From Marsupella aquatica (taxonomy: Eukaryota > Plantae > Marchantiophyta), in NCBI GenBank assembly GCA_973895155.1, contig OZ316892.1, positions 27,366,307-27,430,306 on the forward strand: a stretch of DNA of 64,000 nucleotides. The letters are read 5' to 3'. The notes under the pieces are model-generated. The model did not search any database and was not told the DNA's origin. It saw only the letters and a program-made list of their open reading frames with translations. The position numbers and the translations under genes are program-made. Positions 50,855 to 64,000 of the stretch are shown here, in pieces. Position 1 is the first letter of the stretch, and each line of letters starts with the position of its first letter.

Positions 50855-53800
50855 ATGGGAAGGATGGAGGGGACGATAATGGCTAGAGTGATGCTGTTGA
50901 GATTGGGATTGGTGCTGGTGTTGGTGCAGCTGAGCGGCGCTCCTGGAGCTAATGGTGACTGCTTTCCCGCACTCTTCAACTTTGGAGACTCCACCTCCGA
51001 TTCTGGAGGGATTCATGCAACTTTCCCTAAGCTGGCACCGTCCGAGTTTGGTCCATATGGAGACACCTATCCTGGCGTGCCATGGAACAAGTTTAGTGAT
51101 GGACGTCTACAACTCGATTTCATTTGTAAGTGTTGCTTTTTTGCAACCGTTGTCCAGCCCAACTATGTGTTTATGCTCTGATTAGAGTCCGATGGCGTGC
51201 ATATATTAGATTCAACTCGAGATAATTGGGGAGTGACGGCTGGATGAGGGGTTCCTTTGAATGATGTGCACAGTTGTTAGATCGTGATCATGAGCACCAT
51301 TTCTGTCACGCTGAGGCAGAGATTGTGTTGTAATTTCTCTGGGAGAGGGCGTGAATTGAAGTTCAAAGCATTTTTCCACCCTCTATGAAACTCTAGGAAT
51401 TGGTTGACACAATTTGCCGGTCGATGGCATAGTATCTACTTGTTTAGTGTGCTTTTTGGTTTACTCTACAGTTCAGTGCCTTGATCTTCTCAACTTCTCA
51501 TGATCTACTCAACTCTACTTGATCATAGCAAAAATGTACAACTCCTTACTAGCTATACCCTTTGTGGGGAAGACTGGTTTCAGTGCCTTAATTATTTCGA
51601 TCTTGATTAGTGTCTGGGCGAGGGGGGCGTTAGCATGGTAGCTAGCACAAACCAATTTCTGCAAGATCCACAGCACTGCATTTTTTGGAGTCATGCCTCT
51701 TATTTTGATGGGCTTTCAAAAGTTGAGCGCTCACAATCTTCTTTCCCTCTCATTTACTGGATCGAGATCTATCAAGATTTATAAGTTGGCGAAGTATTGA
51801 AGCCTGGATCTTCGAAAAGTAGCCGTCAGAGGTCAGATGCATGCCCCGTCATCTCATGCGCATTCATCAGCACCCGCCAGCAAGGGATACAGTCATACAG
51901 GGTTGCTTCCTCGCATTGCTTGCTTCCAAGTTGCACCACAGTCGGTTTTACACAAATTCTGGACTCCATTGTTGCACTCTAGCACCATGACATCTGCTAC
52001 TAAGTGGAGATGGCTCGCGACTGTAGCTTGCTGGAAAAGTACAGTAATCAGCCGGAAGCTTGGTCTATCATTGGATTATTGTGAATGTGAGCATGCAGCT
52101 ATGTCGCCGTCTCATATACAGACACTGATCTGGAAGTGAAGGGGAAAACGGGATAGAATTTCATAGAATTTCTCTGGGGAGATTGCTTGATTAGAGAACG
52201 TTGTTCCCGAAAAGTTGGACGATCGTGGGAAGATTATTCACAGGATGCAATGTGGGCCTCATTTTCTTACAGCTCAGGGGCTGGGACTCAAATACTTGAC
52301 GTCTGCTATGCAACCGGTGGATTCGGACTACTCAGACGGATGCAACTTCGCCACAGCCGGGGCCACAGTGATGCCGATCACGTACATGAGCCCCTTTCCA
52401 CTTCCAGTGCAGTACCTCCAGTTCCTCCGGTTCCAACAAGAAGTCATCGCCCTCCGTTCTGATCCTGGTATGTTGTACTGTAATACTCTCAGTATTTTCT
52501 CGTGATCTGTTCGTACATCTGTAGATGGGTATGTGGTAGAAACTTTCCGTCATTTATCTCGTCTTAGTCTACTTCAGTTGTCATGGACCCATTTTACATT
52601 TGGTCCTGTCTTCCAGTCTAGATAGAAATGTGTCCAACTTCTGTTGACGTATTGGGCTCAGACTTCGTGTTGGGTTGATGAAGATTGATCAATCTCACGG
52701 TCCAGTCGGAACCATCCTTAGATCTCGTGTGAGGACCGACTGTGTTTGAGTCATGTCTGACCATAGTTTGGAGTCGGGACTGACAAGTGACGTTGTCATT
52801 GACTATGTCTGGTGACTTTCTTAACAGCGACGCCTGCAAAGATGTTGGCGAGGATTCCGCAAGTGGATGCTTTCAGCAAGGGGCTCTACACGATAGCGTT
52901 GGGAGGAAACGATTTCACTTTCGGATACAACAAGGGCATGACTCTCGACGAGGTGGACGAGTATCTCCCACTCGTGGCAGATGGTCTCGTGAATGCAGTG
53001 AGGCTGCTCTACGAAGCTGGAGGCAGGTATTTCATCGTGTGGGACATCGAGCCGCATGGCTGCCTACCTTACATACTCACTTTTGCCAAGAACAAGCCCG
53101 AGTACAAGCCGGACGAATTGGACGAGCACGGTTGCATAATCAGCTTCAATGAGGCCTCGAAGCGTTTTAATGTCATGCTCAAGGAGAAGATTGCCAAGGC
53201 CAGGGAGGAGTTGCCTGAGATCAGCCTCCACATGCTCTCAACCTATGATATCAAGATCAACCTTAGCCAAAATCTGACTGCCAATGGTAAGTGATCAGTT
53301 CTCTCACTTTTATTGTCCGATTCCGATTCGGTCTATCGTTAGAGATTGCAATCTGGTGATGCGGAGTCTGATGAATGTTATCTGCCAGTCGGTTGTTTTT
53401 TCGCCGTCACCCTTCGAAAGAATGAAGTACGCTTTATAATGTCAAACAGTTTCTTCAAGTTTCCTCTCGCTCTCAAAGCCGTAATGAATGCGGATGAGAC
53501 GCAATCAAACCCACTGATTGATTGATTGGAATCCACTCTTGTCCTCTGATGTAGAATGTTGAAAGTTTCAAACACGTGGTAGTGTACGGTCCACTCAAAA
53601 GTCTTCGGACAGAGGATAAGCAATGAATCCTACTTTTCTGACGAAAGCAGCAGTAGTAAAATTATTTATATATATATATATATATACTACCGGGCATTAA
53701 TGACTGCCCACAGTACCTCCCCCATTCCCCAAATTTTCCAGATCCTTGGACAAGATATCTGCTCACCAGAACTTTGACTCTAATAATGGGCATGCATGGA

Positions 53801-54919
53801 ACAAGGCTCGTCAAATCTTCCAGAGGTGTTCAGAGATGAGGGTCTTCTTATGGTTTTGAGGGAGTGGTACCAGTTGAGGAAGTGTCATGGCATAGTTCCA
53901 TGAGACCTGAAAGAGCCCTCAGAATTGTAAATTTCTGTGGAGACATCCCGACAATCCAGGTTTGGATGCTGACAGGGTGGAGTACACAATTACGGCACCT
54001 ACCACCGTGCCAGAGGGAGAAAAAATAAGGGACTATTAGAGCCATCCGGTTTTTGGAGGATCTTTCTAACAAGGGAATTAAGGGCACAATCAAAGGCTAA
54101 CTTCTCAATTAGTGACAATTCTACAGATCTGGGAGAAATGATGGCCAGATTTGAGATCTTCACGAAACCTGGCTCTCAAGGAAACAGCTCCTGTAGGACC
54201 TTGGGGACTCTAAGATAGAAGTGGTTTGAAGGGAGAATGGGTTCCAGGGGTGTTGAGAGGCAATTTGCTGCATTAAGTATAGAGCTCCTTTTATCTCTCA
54301 ATCCCATATTTCATGTTCGCATGCCCAATTTGTTTCTACTAAGCCTGAAGAACTGAGGTTGGGAGTTGGGATCTTCACATTACCTGGCTCTAGGCTAAAC
54401 AAATGGTCTCATGAACTTAAGAAACCTTGGCTCTAGGCAAGTCAGACTGACTGATACGTCTGAAACAGGAGTTTGCTAAAGGGATGGAAGACATCTACTT
54501 TTCAAATCTCTAGGCAGGTGTAGCCAAAAGTTTTACTATTATAAGAATTGATTGGTCCTTGACGGTGATGCATTGAAGTGTTAGAGCTGTTAACAAGTAC
54601 TGGAGCTTTTGAACTGAGATTTTTGGAATGCTGTGATATTCTGTGGACAGGATTCAAGTACGATCTGAAGGCTTGCTGCGGGGTTCCATCAGAGTACAAC
54701 TACCATCTGGAGGTCAATTGTGGAAAGACTAAGACCATCAAGGATGTCACTTACCATGCAGTGAAGTGCGACAACCCCAACGAATATACAGTCTGGGATG
54801 GAGTTCACAACACTGAGGCTGCTAGTCGATACGTTGCCCAGATGCTTTTCTCTGGCGGATACTTTGACGTTCCGTTCCCTAAGCTCTCTGAAACGTGCGG
54901 TCTCAAGCCTCTTGATTGA
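50855..54919 (+). CDS. GDSL/SGNH esterase-lipase, catalytically intact; 4 exons
   Basis: Exons 50855 (or ATG 50864/50879)-51125, 52273-52467, 52828-53286, 54651-54919. Signal peptide, FNFGDSTSDSG (Ser), NFATAGA, GGNDF, PHGCLP, WDGVHNTE (Asp/His). Confidence 0.94.
53667..53686. repeat. (TA)n microsatellite in intron
   Basis: Direct reading. Confidence 0.9.
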
Positions 54920-57900
54920 TTGACAACGTTTCGACATCAACAAGATGTACGACATTGATATGTCCCCACAGGATATTCTACTTCAGGACACTTGACGCAA
55001 AACTCACCAGTTACTTTTTTGCCTGGCCAAATGGTTTGTACACTCCCTGGATACAGTAGCTGGTTATCATCAGCTTCGGAGGGGAATGGATTGAGGGTTG
55101 TTGGATTCATTGCTGTTAGTACCGGTGTCAGATTACACACCTCATCCGGAGCCATTCTTCTCGAATGAGTTCTGCTTGAGAGAGGATAGCATTTTCCAAC
55201 GTCTGGAGCTTTGCGGCTCAATACTGAATCTAAGGAGGAAGCTCTGGTGCCAAGAGGATTCGCTGGGATGCGACAGAATTGTGTGGGAACTGGGAGAAGG
55301 CATCTGTCCAGAGTTTAGTGTCTGTTACTATGCGGGGATCTCCAAACCTTGAGGTGTCCTCGATGTTGAATCAACTGTGGAGGAGGGCCTGAGCTATGTG
55401 ATAATGACACGAGGTGTGATAGTCGTACTATAGAAAACTGTGTTGTAACTGATTTGTGTGAAAATAGCTAGGTCAGCTAGGTACAAACACCCCATTCTTT
55501 TAAGTCTCAGCACTCCAGGTATTACCTGAAGCCGAGAACCAAAATTAAGATTGAAATATTCATCGCTCAATCGTCGAAAATCTCTTCCAATGATGTATTT
55601 TGTAGATAGCATGCACCGAATGGGTTCAATTGATTGATCAGGCAGCTACACCGATTGGAAATATTTTCATCAATTGAATCCTAAAATTGGCCAAACAATG
55701 ATATCTCTTGAATTTGGAGGAGAAAGATGGCGAAGGCCAGTCTTCAGTGATGTTCTATAATTGGTAATTGAGCTGATTGTGCCAAAAACTTATTGGCTGC
55801 CAGGTAGGACAGGTACACTCGGGAATCATGGAGCAGTAAACTTTCCTGACCATTACGTTTCGAGAAACTCGTGCAAGAGAAGTTAATTGGAGAAAGCTTG
55901 GAAGTTGCTGAAAAAGAGTAATGAAAACTCGCAAGTACACAATACATACCAGGAGCGAACAGTCGAACAAAAATTTCCGTCTCAGAGCAGTGTTATTCCA
56001 TTGTAACAAGTTGACAAGATGGTTATATATAGACCCTCTTTCTTGATTTCTTGTGACAAGGATTATGAAGGGCCTCGATGGTCTGCTTAACTGGGTATGC
56101 TTATAGAGTATTGAAGCACACGTTGTGACTCTTGAAGTTATACTCTTGGGTGGTGGATCTATCCTAAAATAGATTCAGAAATTATCGAAAGAACCATCCT
56201 CAGATATGTGATAACTGTTTTCTGTATAAAACCCAACAGTTCAGTGTAGTTACATGGAGCACGGTTTTAGCTCTGAAGCTTCTCTAGTTTCCAGTTAGAA
56301 ACATTCGCCTCGTAAGGAAAGAACCCAACAGCATATCTGGAGGACTCACTGTGCCTATAACAATGATGCTCTAAGCTGAATGGTCCGGTTTGATTTAGAC
56401 TTCATTACCTGAGTATAATATATGGAGGACCCTCTTCAATTGTCAAATAGTCGTATGTGAGCTAACAACCGAGTTACTCCTTTATCTTACTGTCGACTAG
56501 CATTCGACAACGTTTGTTCATTACCAGTCTTATCTGTAAAATGAATCATTTTGGCCCTGACCATGCCCCCAAAGCGCTAGATGGGGCAATGAAATTTCCC
56601 AACGTTACATACTCTAGGCCTAGACCTGCTAAAGAGCAAGGATTTAAGTGAAACGTCCCCAATTGAACATAAAACCTGACACAACACCAAGAAGGACAGC
56701 TTGTGGTAGGCATACACTTTTTGGGTGGTTTCATGCCTTTCAAGTCTTCGCCTTAACACGCCCTCGCCCGGACTCAAGTCCCCCTTCCTTTCTGTAAAAG
56801 TTGAGTGCACTCAATTAGATAGAACAGCATCATAACATTATTGGACTTTGGTTTGCCAGACCGTGACCCTTTCGTTTAAGGTAATTTCACCTCAAATATT
56901 GAAATAAAATTCATGAACATGAAATGGCGCACATTTGATAGAATGTGCCAATGACTTTCAGCCACAGAGTTGAAATACTTAGGTAACAGTTAAGCCTCAT
57001 GTGTACAAGTTTACATATCAAAATCATGCAAGAGGGTTAAGACCTCAAGGTTTGGCTCTTACCATGTCAAAATCGTCAACCGCGAGAACCAGATCAGCCT
57101 TGGAGGCATGATAGTGGTTCTCTTCTTCAATGCCTGGGCCTCACTGTAGACTGTCATATAACCGGTGGATAAAGGCTGTCTTAGTTGTTTTATACCAGGC
57201 GTAGGCTTGGCAACAATTATATCCCCTCTCCTTGGTCGAAACTCGCTCGATGGATCCTGGGTTGCCCACAAAACTCGGTCCCGAGGTAGCCATATTTCTC
57301 CCGTCTTGAAATCGCCTCCATACCTTCAACATCAGTAAAATCATTCCCTCTGTATGGACTAAGACTCCACTCACGACCATCATAGCTGTCCGGGCTACTA
57401 TTCCCCTCCATTCCCATGCTATTAGCTATTCGAACAGCTTGTCGTGCACGATACCTGTCGCAGTGGGTGGACTACTACTACCGCGATCTGGACTAAAGAG
57501 ATGACTTGACCACCCCAACGACCCAAATCCCTGTCTGGACAACCATGCCACCCCTTCCACCCAACAGGATACTCGATAATATACATGTAAATTCAATTCC
57601 AATACGACTGGAGATGTTCAGCATTTCCTTCTGCCCGGAGGGTCCCCAACTTGACAAAATGTACTCTGAACTTGGGCCCAGAAGGTAGCCAAACTTATGT
57701 TGGCAATATGTTGAACATGGGGAAGCAAGGTACTCCACCAACCCGGGGAGCATGGCGGGACACTCATGGCAGTCAATCCTGCTACCTAACTTCAGCTTCG
57801 AAGATGATATTGAACAGTTTGAGTGGAAAGACATCAATTCATCCGTATAAGGTAAGAAACACAGCAGAGATTTCAAATTTTAAGTGAGAATTCATATATT

Positions 57901-58145
57901 CAAAGCTGAAGATAGGGATTTCTTCCTTGCCATATCTGCTTGCACTTATCCCTTTGCAGGAGCAGATGAAGTCGACATAACTCAATCCAATTGCAGAGAA
58001 CTCGCAGTTTGCTCGCCAGTTGCTGAGTTATTGCCGATCATTCAACTTGCTTGACCAAATGTCACTGTCTTGCATGAGAATGCGAAGAGCAAATTGGTTT
58101 GACATAACCCATCAGTGTAGAACATTCTGCAGAGCCTTCCAAGAG

Positions 58146-60580
58146 CTACTCGTAAATGTGTATCATTCCATCCCAGCTGCAAGAAGCCATCACTGAAGGG
58201 AGCACAGGGTGGTAAGAAACGTCGGTGCAGGCGTTTCGATGAGCTTCCAGTTTTCTAAGCAATTTAGAAGACTTGTAGTTGTAGATATGCACATGACCGT
58301 CTGCAGAACCGGTCACCACAAAACTCCCACATGGGCTAAAATTGCATTGAATCGGATGGGCTGAAACCTGATGACCCTCATAGCGTTTGTATTTGTCCAT
58401 CTTAAAAGGCGATTTCGCGGAGAAGATTGCGATATAATTCGCGTTGGACTGTGCAATGAACGTCTGCTCAAATGGGTGATACCGCACACAAGGGCATGTG
58501 TAGGCCTCAATGTAAACCTGGTCCAACGAAGGGAATCTCAGGTTATAAGCAATGTAAAGGAGTTTCTCCAAGTCCGCCATTTCTCTAAAGTCCGCAAATC
58601 AAACTTTGAAAATTCCCAGTTCAGATTTCTTGTAACGGTTGTAAACCCTGTATATAGCTATGTTGTAACTGTGTAAATTTTTATTTTAAAACCATACATT
58701 CAAACTTTGTACATATATAAATTACATAACTAAGTAACTAAGGAATGGGATTTCTGAACAGGTCCCCTAACAGCTTAACAAAAGATATCTGCTAAGAAAT
58801 TTCACCTAGGAATACTATGGAGAAAATCTGGCTCAGTGCTATTGAACTGTGCTAATGGAACTGCATCTGCTTGTCACGCAACGGTTCAGAAGGAAAGCAA
58901 GAAAGGACTGGATTTAACAGAACTAGTTTGACGATACTTGATGAAACAAGTCTACAAGTTTCTCCATCACTACTACTTTAGAACGAACCACATGAGGCTG
59001 AGTTTAACCAAGGGCTACCTGATTTGAGAGCGCTACTTGTGTGTTGTAATCCCAAACCACAATTGCTTTATCACTGGAATGCCGCTTGATCATATCCGAA
59101 GTAGAAACAAAATGTTTTCCATCTGCGCTGAAGTCCACATCCATGATTGGTCCCAAGCTTCTTGACAAATACTCTTTATCCGATTTCCCAGTTCGAATAT
59201 CCCACAATTTGAGTGCCCCTTTGGAACCTCCGGAGAGAAAAACGTCTCGATCCAAGGGATGAAATTTCACAGCATTAATGAATTGATCATCCAAGAAAAC
59301 TTGAACATCTGATCCCAACTCAACATCGGTGAGCCTGCAGGTCTTATCAAATCCACAGCTCAGGAGAAACTTCCCATCTGTTGTCCATTGAATGTCCTTC
59401 ACTGCTGCCTTATGGGAACCGAGCCTTCGTAGCATCTGCTGGCCTGAATTCGCCCAGACATTCCACACAATGGCTTGGTGGTCCATCCCAGCTGATGCCA
59501 TCAAAGAAACTGAAAGGAACCAAGAAGGCACTCAGGACGTGCCAAGTTTGCACAGAAGCGTCATCCAAGAAAGTTGAGGCAGACCTAAACTGGACTTTAA
59601 TTGATAACAGTATTGTTTAATGTTTCATGTCCACTTATGACATTTGCTTCTTCAATTTGAATCAAACTCAAAATCTAGAGTGGAATTCCTTCAATTTTGA
59701 GGGGGCTGTTTGACAAAGGTCTCACACATAAGAACCCATGAGAAATGGTGCCGAGAAAGCGGCAACAAAAGCCAAAACAGGTCCGTGACAAAATTTATCA
59801 TACCATGAGTCGGAGACCAGCGAACCGCATTAACTCCCTTTGTATGACCCTCTAGTTGAGCAACGCGACCTCTGGGAAGGCGATTATAATTAGCTGCATG
59901 GGGGACTATGTTCTGTAGCGTCTTCAGGATGTGATATGGTAGTTCCACATTCAGAATATCTTTCACCTCTGCAACACAGTCCACGGCTTAACCAATTTCA
60001 ACATAAATGAGGCGAAAGCACAGTGACGTTGGTAGAAAATATTTCAGGCCTGCTGTGACTACCATTGCAATCGCGCTGCTGTATCGATGTCTAGACCTTC
60101 CCATAAGAATTTCCCAAGGAATAAACCCTCGTCCACTTCTCCAATGAAATTGGTTTTTTCCAAAACGTGGTCCATCAGCTAGGGTACAGGATTCGGTAGG
60201 CAATTTACGTGGGGCAGTTTGAACGATTTGAAATTCCTTGATAGGACGAAGGGAAGGATCCATGATGTCAGCCATTGTTCCAGGTAGAGTTTTAACAGAT
60301 CATCGTTTTTGAAAAGATAGTGACAAGTGAGGAAGAGATGCAAACCAGGTGATGGATGAACCGGAGCAGAGTGTGATGGCCTGGTCGTTTCAGCCCCTGA
60401 TGCAGAGGCAGCAGCAGACGAAGCTGCAGCTCGTTCTCTTTTGGAGATGTACCGCCCGGGATGGAGCGAGCTAGGGGCTGGGATCGGCAACTGGCCACCT
60501 CCCTGTGAGGAAAAGACGCCCCTTGCCTCGATCTTCCTGCGCTTCATCGAATAAATCTCGTCCAATTCCCGCCGATTCAT
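58146..60580 (-). CDS. WDR25: WD40-repeat protein, WDR25-like; 4 exons
   Basis: Exons 60580-60346, 59968-59804, 59509-59019, 58517-58146 (GT-AG, phases consistent). PGRYISKRER N-terminal motif, LEGHTKGVNAVRWSPTH, SNQVYIEAYTCPCVRYHP, AQSNANYIAIFS, SCSWDG. The start codon is less certain. Confidence 0.88.
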
Positions 60581-60929
60581 GGTCTTGCAGCTCTCACCTC
60601 ACTTCACCTCACTTCACCTCAGCTCATCTCATCTCAGCTCATGTCATCGCATTCATCGCTAACTCAATTCACGGAAATGAACCGGATCGATGAACTTTCT
60701 TGAGAAGGAGAATGGAGGGCAAAATTCCAACAGATGTGGAGCTCGCATTTGTGAATTAGACATCGTCCCGTCCAAGAAATGGTTTGAAGTTTGATCGAAT
60801 ATCTCGAACTCTTCTTCAACGATTTTGCTGTTTGCTTTAATCAATTTATGCAGGACTAGTTCAATACTGGTGTTGCACCAAAAACATGCCATGTCTGCCA
60901 AGATTTGGAGATCTTGATTTGGTTGAGAA

Positions 60930-61790
60930 AAAAGATGTCCCAAAGCCAAGAGGTTGGTGAGAAAAAAGATGATGTGCCGGCCAAAAGATGTTGTGTAAGC
61001 CAAGAGATCATTGAGAAAAAAGATGTTATGTCGATCAAAAGAGCCTTGAGAAAAAAGATGTTCCGGCCAAAAGATGTTGTGTAAGCCAAGAGATCATTGA
61101 GAAAAAAGATGTTATGTCGATCAAAAGAGCCTTGAGAAAAAAGATGTTGTGTCGGCCAAGATGTCATTGAGAAAAAAGATATCATGTCAGTCAACTAAGA
61201 AGTAGTTCAGACAAAGGATGTTGTGTCGACCAAGACATCCTTAAGAAAAAATATGCCGTGTTCGCCAAGACATCATGGAGAGAAAAGATATCACGTCGAT
61301 CAAGGTATTGTGTCAGCCAAGACATCATTGAGAAAAAAAATGTAGTGTCGCCCAACATGTTATTAAGAAAAAAGATATCGTGTCGCCCAAGATGTCATTA
61401 AGAAAGAGATGTCATGTCGCCTAAGATATTGTTAAGGAAAAAGATGTTGTGTCGCCCAAGAGGTCATTAAGGAAAACGATGTTGTGTTGCCCAAAGTGTC
61501 ATTAAGAAAAAATATCGTGTCGCCCAAGATGTCCTTAAGAAAAAAGATATCATGTCACCCAAGATGTCCTTAAGACAAGAGCAGGGACAAGAGATGTCAT
61601 GTTACGCAAGACGTTGTTAAGAAAAAAGGTGTCGTGGCGCCAAAGAGGTCATGTCGCCCAAGGTGTCATTAAGAAGAAAGATATCGTGTCAGGCAAGATA
61701 TTGTTAAGAAAAAAGATGTCATGGCACCCAAGCCGGGCACCCAAGATGTCCTTAAGTAAAGAGATGTCATGTTGCCCGAGATGTTGTTAA
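60930..61790. repeat. ~31-bp minisatellite array with higher-order duplication; degenerate ~20-bp A/G-rich repeats continue to ~62170
   Basis: Consensus AAGATGT(T/C)GTGTCGCCCAAGATGTCATTAAGAAAA, more than 20 diverged copies. An 87-bp-offset near-exact duplication lies at ~60975-61150. Confidence 0.9.
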
Positions 61791-62243
61791 GTTGAAATAT
61801 GTCTTTAAGACATATATTGCACAACAGATGGTGTGGTGGGAAAAATATGTAGAGGTGAAAAAAGATATCAAGGTAAGAAAAAAAGTTGAAGTGAGAAAAA
61901 GATGTTGAGGTGAACAAAGATGTCGATGAGAAAAAAAGATGTTGAGTTGAGAAGGTATATGTTAGTCAGTGAGAAAAAATGCTAAGGGATGTCAAGGTGG
62001 AAAAAGATGTCAAGGAGAGAAAACATGGCGAAGTGAGAAATAGATGTCAAAGAAAGAAAATATGTTGAGGGTGAAGGAAAGATGCAAGGAAAGATGCCGT
62101 AATGAGCTATAGATCGATGTCAATGTGAGAATAAAATGGCGAGATGAGAAAAATATGTCAAAACAAGGTAAAGTTATTGTGGTGGTGTTCAACAACGCAT
62201 GTGTTGCACTTAAAAATTGGAGGGCGCAAGATAATGGTCACCG

Positions 62244-62575
62244 TGTTAAGGATTGCTCTTAGTCTTGTGACTCATAGGTTACGGCACTTAGGCTAACCAC
62301 AGTTAGGATCTTAGCTGAGGTTAGATTAGTCGTGTGTGACCTTGTATATACCAGGGCTAGTGTAAGCCGCTGGTGTGTGGTGCTTACTGATTGTAATAGA
62401 GCAACTTGAGGAAGAGGGAGAGGATGTGTGTTCGTCTACTCTTGAAGTAAAGCTTGAGTGTTCGTGTGGACGTAGCCTTGGAGAAGAGGTGAACCACGTA
62501 GAGATTGTGTCGACTACGTGTGCATGGAATGAGTCATGGTTGTATGGTCGTTGCGAATGACGTCTTAGTTCAACA
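62244..62575 (+). mobile_element. Solo LTR (332 bp) of a copia family related to the tandem element, with 5-bp TSD CACCG
   Basis: TGTTAA...TTCAACA termini. CACCG at 62239-62243 and 62576-62580. TATA-like TATATA ~62345. TAAAGCTT..GTGGACGTAGCC..GAACCACGTA motif shared with the 326-bp LTRs. Confidence 0.88.
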
Positions 62576-64000
62576 CACCGCAGTATAGAGGCCAAACACA
62601 ACCGAGTGATAGAAACAAATCTGTTTTTATATTTAATTTTTAGAATAATAAATGTTTTATGTATGGTATTATACTCAAGTTTTTTAATTTAATGCTAAAA
62701 TTTTGTTTTTAATTAATATTAAATTAATTATTTATCTTGGTCAGGTTAGGGTAGGTTACGGGTAGCTTGGGAAGGAGAATTGAGATTAAAAGGGGTATGG
62801 ATGGATCCAACAGTTCCAGAAAAACAAAATTTTAATGAATGAAGGGCTTAGATTAGTTCCCATTTTTTCTTGAGTTTGTAAATGTAAGATTTATAGAGGA
62901 TATGATGTTATAATGACTTCTCATCTCCTTGTACCAAAGTTATTGTGTTTGACTCTATTCAATTAATTTTTTCTCATAATTACAATATGTAGTCAATATT
63001 GTTTTCTTGTGCATTCATGATGATAAAGTGATCTCCTTGATACTCATACAGTCATACATGCAAAAGAGTTAGTTTCATTTTTTGTCTTTTGTTGCCACCA
63101 TTTGATCCCTTTCGTGAAAAGGTTTCCATTCCTTTAGGTCCACGCTATATTTAATTCACTTTTGGTGTTAAGCCTTCTGTTTATTGATTCCTTCTTTTTT
63201 TGGCATTGCAAATTTGAATGACGACCACTTCATAAAAAGGTCCAACCCTTGTCTTTAATTTGGAAGGATTTGGTAAAGCTAACTTGTTTCCAGGTACTCA
63301 CTCACTCATATCAACAATATGAGCAACACTAGGGTTTTTTTGGTGCCCAAAATCTAGTACAACATTGAATTTCTATGGTTAATACCACAACTAGCAAAGT
63401 GTCATTTTAGTTTACCTTACTTTAATATCTTGTTCCCCCAAACTGATCCATCTGCTTATCCAAAACTAATTAATTCCCCACCCCCCTCCCCCTCCAATTC
63501 ATATATATGGGTTGGCTTGACAAGACTATTCTTATCCAAAATGGCACATGGAGGCTTGTGATTCACCCTTGCTAAGCCCCTCCAACTGTGCTTTCACCCT
63601 GGACCAGGTTCACTCAACCAATACTCATTAAAAGGTGAGTGCCTCCTACTGACTATGAGCAAAAGCTATTGAGTTTTGGTCCCCCTCCTTGGCCTCACTT
63701 TTTTTGTTTGTAAGGGGGTGGGCTTGGGCAAATTACATGTCATCTCGGGTTACTCTAGTGTGGTTAGGCCAACAAACATACAAAATGGAGGCAACCTGGA
63801 AATAAATGCATTTTGGGGTCAGGAAAGTAAAAATAATTGTGTATCTTATCAAATATTGATTACCCACATTCCCATGATTGTCGGATGGAGAAACCTGGTC
63901 CAGAATGAAAGTACCATCGGATACATGGGCAAAGAGTAAACCTCCATTGTCCACCATCCAATCACATGTCATCACAGATTAGTATAATTGAGTTGAGCCA

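Noticed and set aside
59988-60275. Extra WDR25 exon or separate ORF (MADIMDPSLR...)
   Set aside because: Lies in intron 1; exon 1 joins 59968 in the correct phase and there is no convincing acceptor for it.
60930-61790. CRISPR-like array
   Set aside because: Eukaryotic context; units are contiguous diverged repeats without unique spacers; no cas genes.
62900-64000. Possible decayed coding region at the window end
   Set aside because: Only short ORFs with no recognisable domain; truncated by the window edge.

Overview
Nuclear genomic DNA of a land plant; gene style suggests a non-seed plant, but this is inference. Bases 1-14494 are the right end of a head-to-tail tandem array of a Ty1/copia (Tork/Tnt1-like) LTR retrotransposon with a 5627-bp period and single shared 326-bp LTRs. 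All visible copies carry the same frameshifts and stop codons. Then follow degenerate tandem repeats, an EB1 gene with an EB1c-type basic tail (+), a TE-decayed interval, an LTA4-hydrolase-like M1 aminopeptidase (+), two divergently oriented GDSL esterase/lipase genes (one with substituted catalytic Ser and His), a WDR25-like WD40 gene (-), a ~31-bp minisatellite and a solo LTR with a perfect 5-bp TSD. The strongest novel signal is upstream of the aminopeptidase: its reading frame stays open for more than 830 codons before the conserved ATG with no Met codon, and ATG is almost absent in all three frames. This points to a very long non-AUG-initiated N-terminal extension co-existing with leaky scanning to the normal start.
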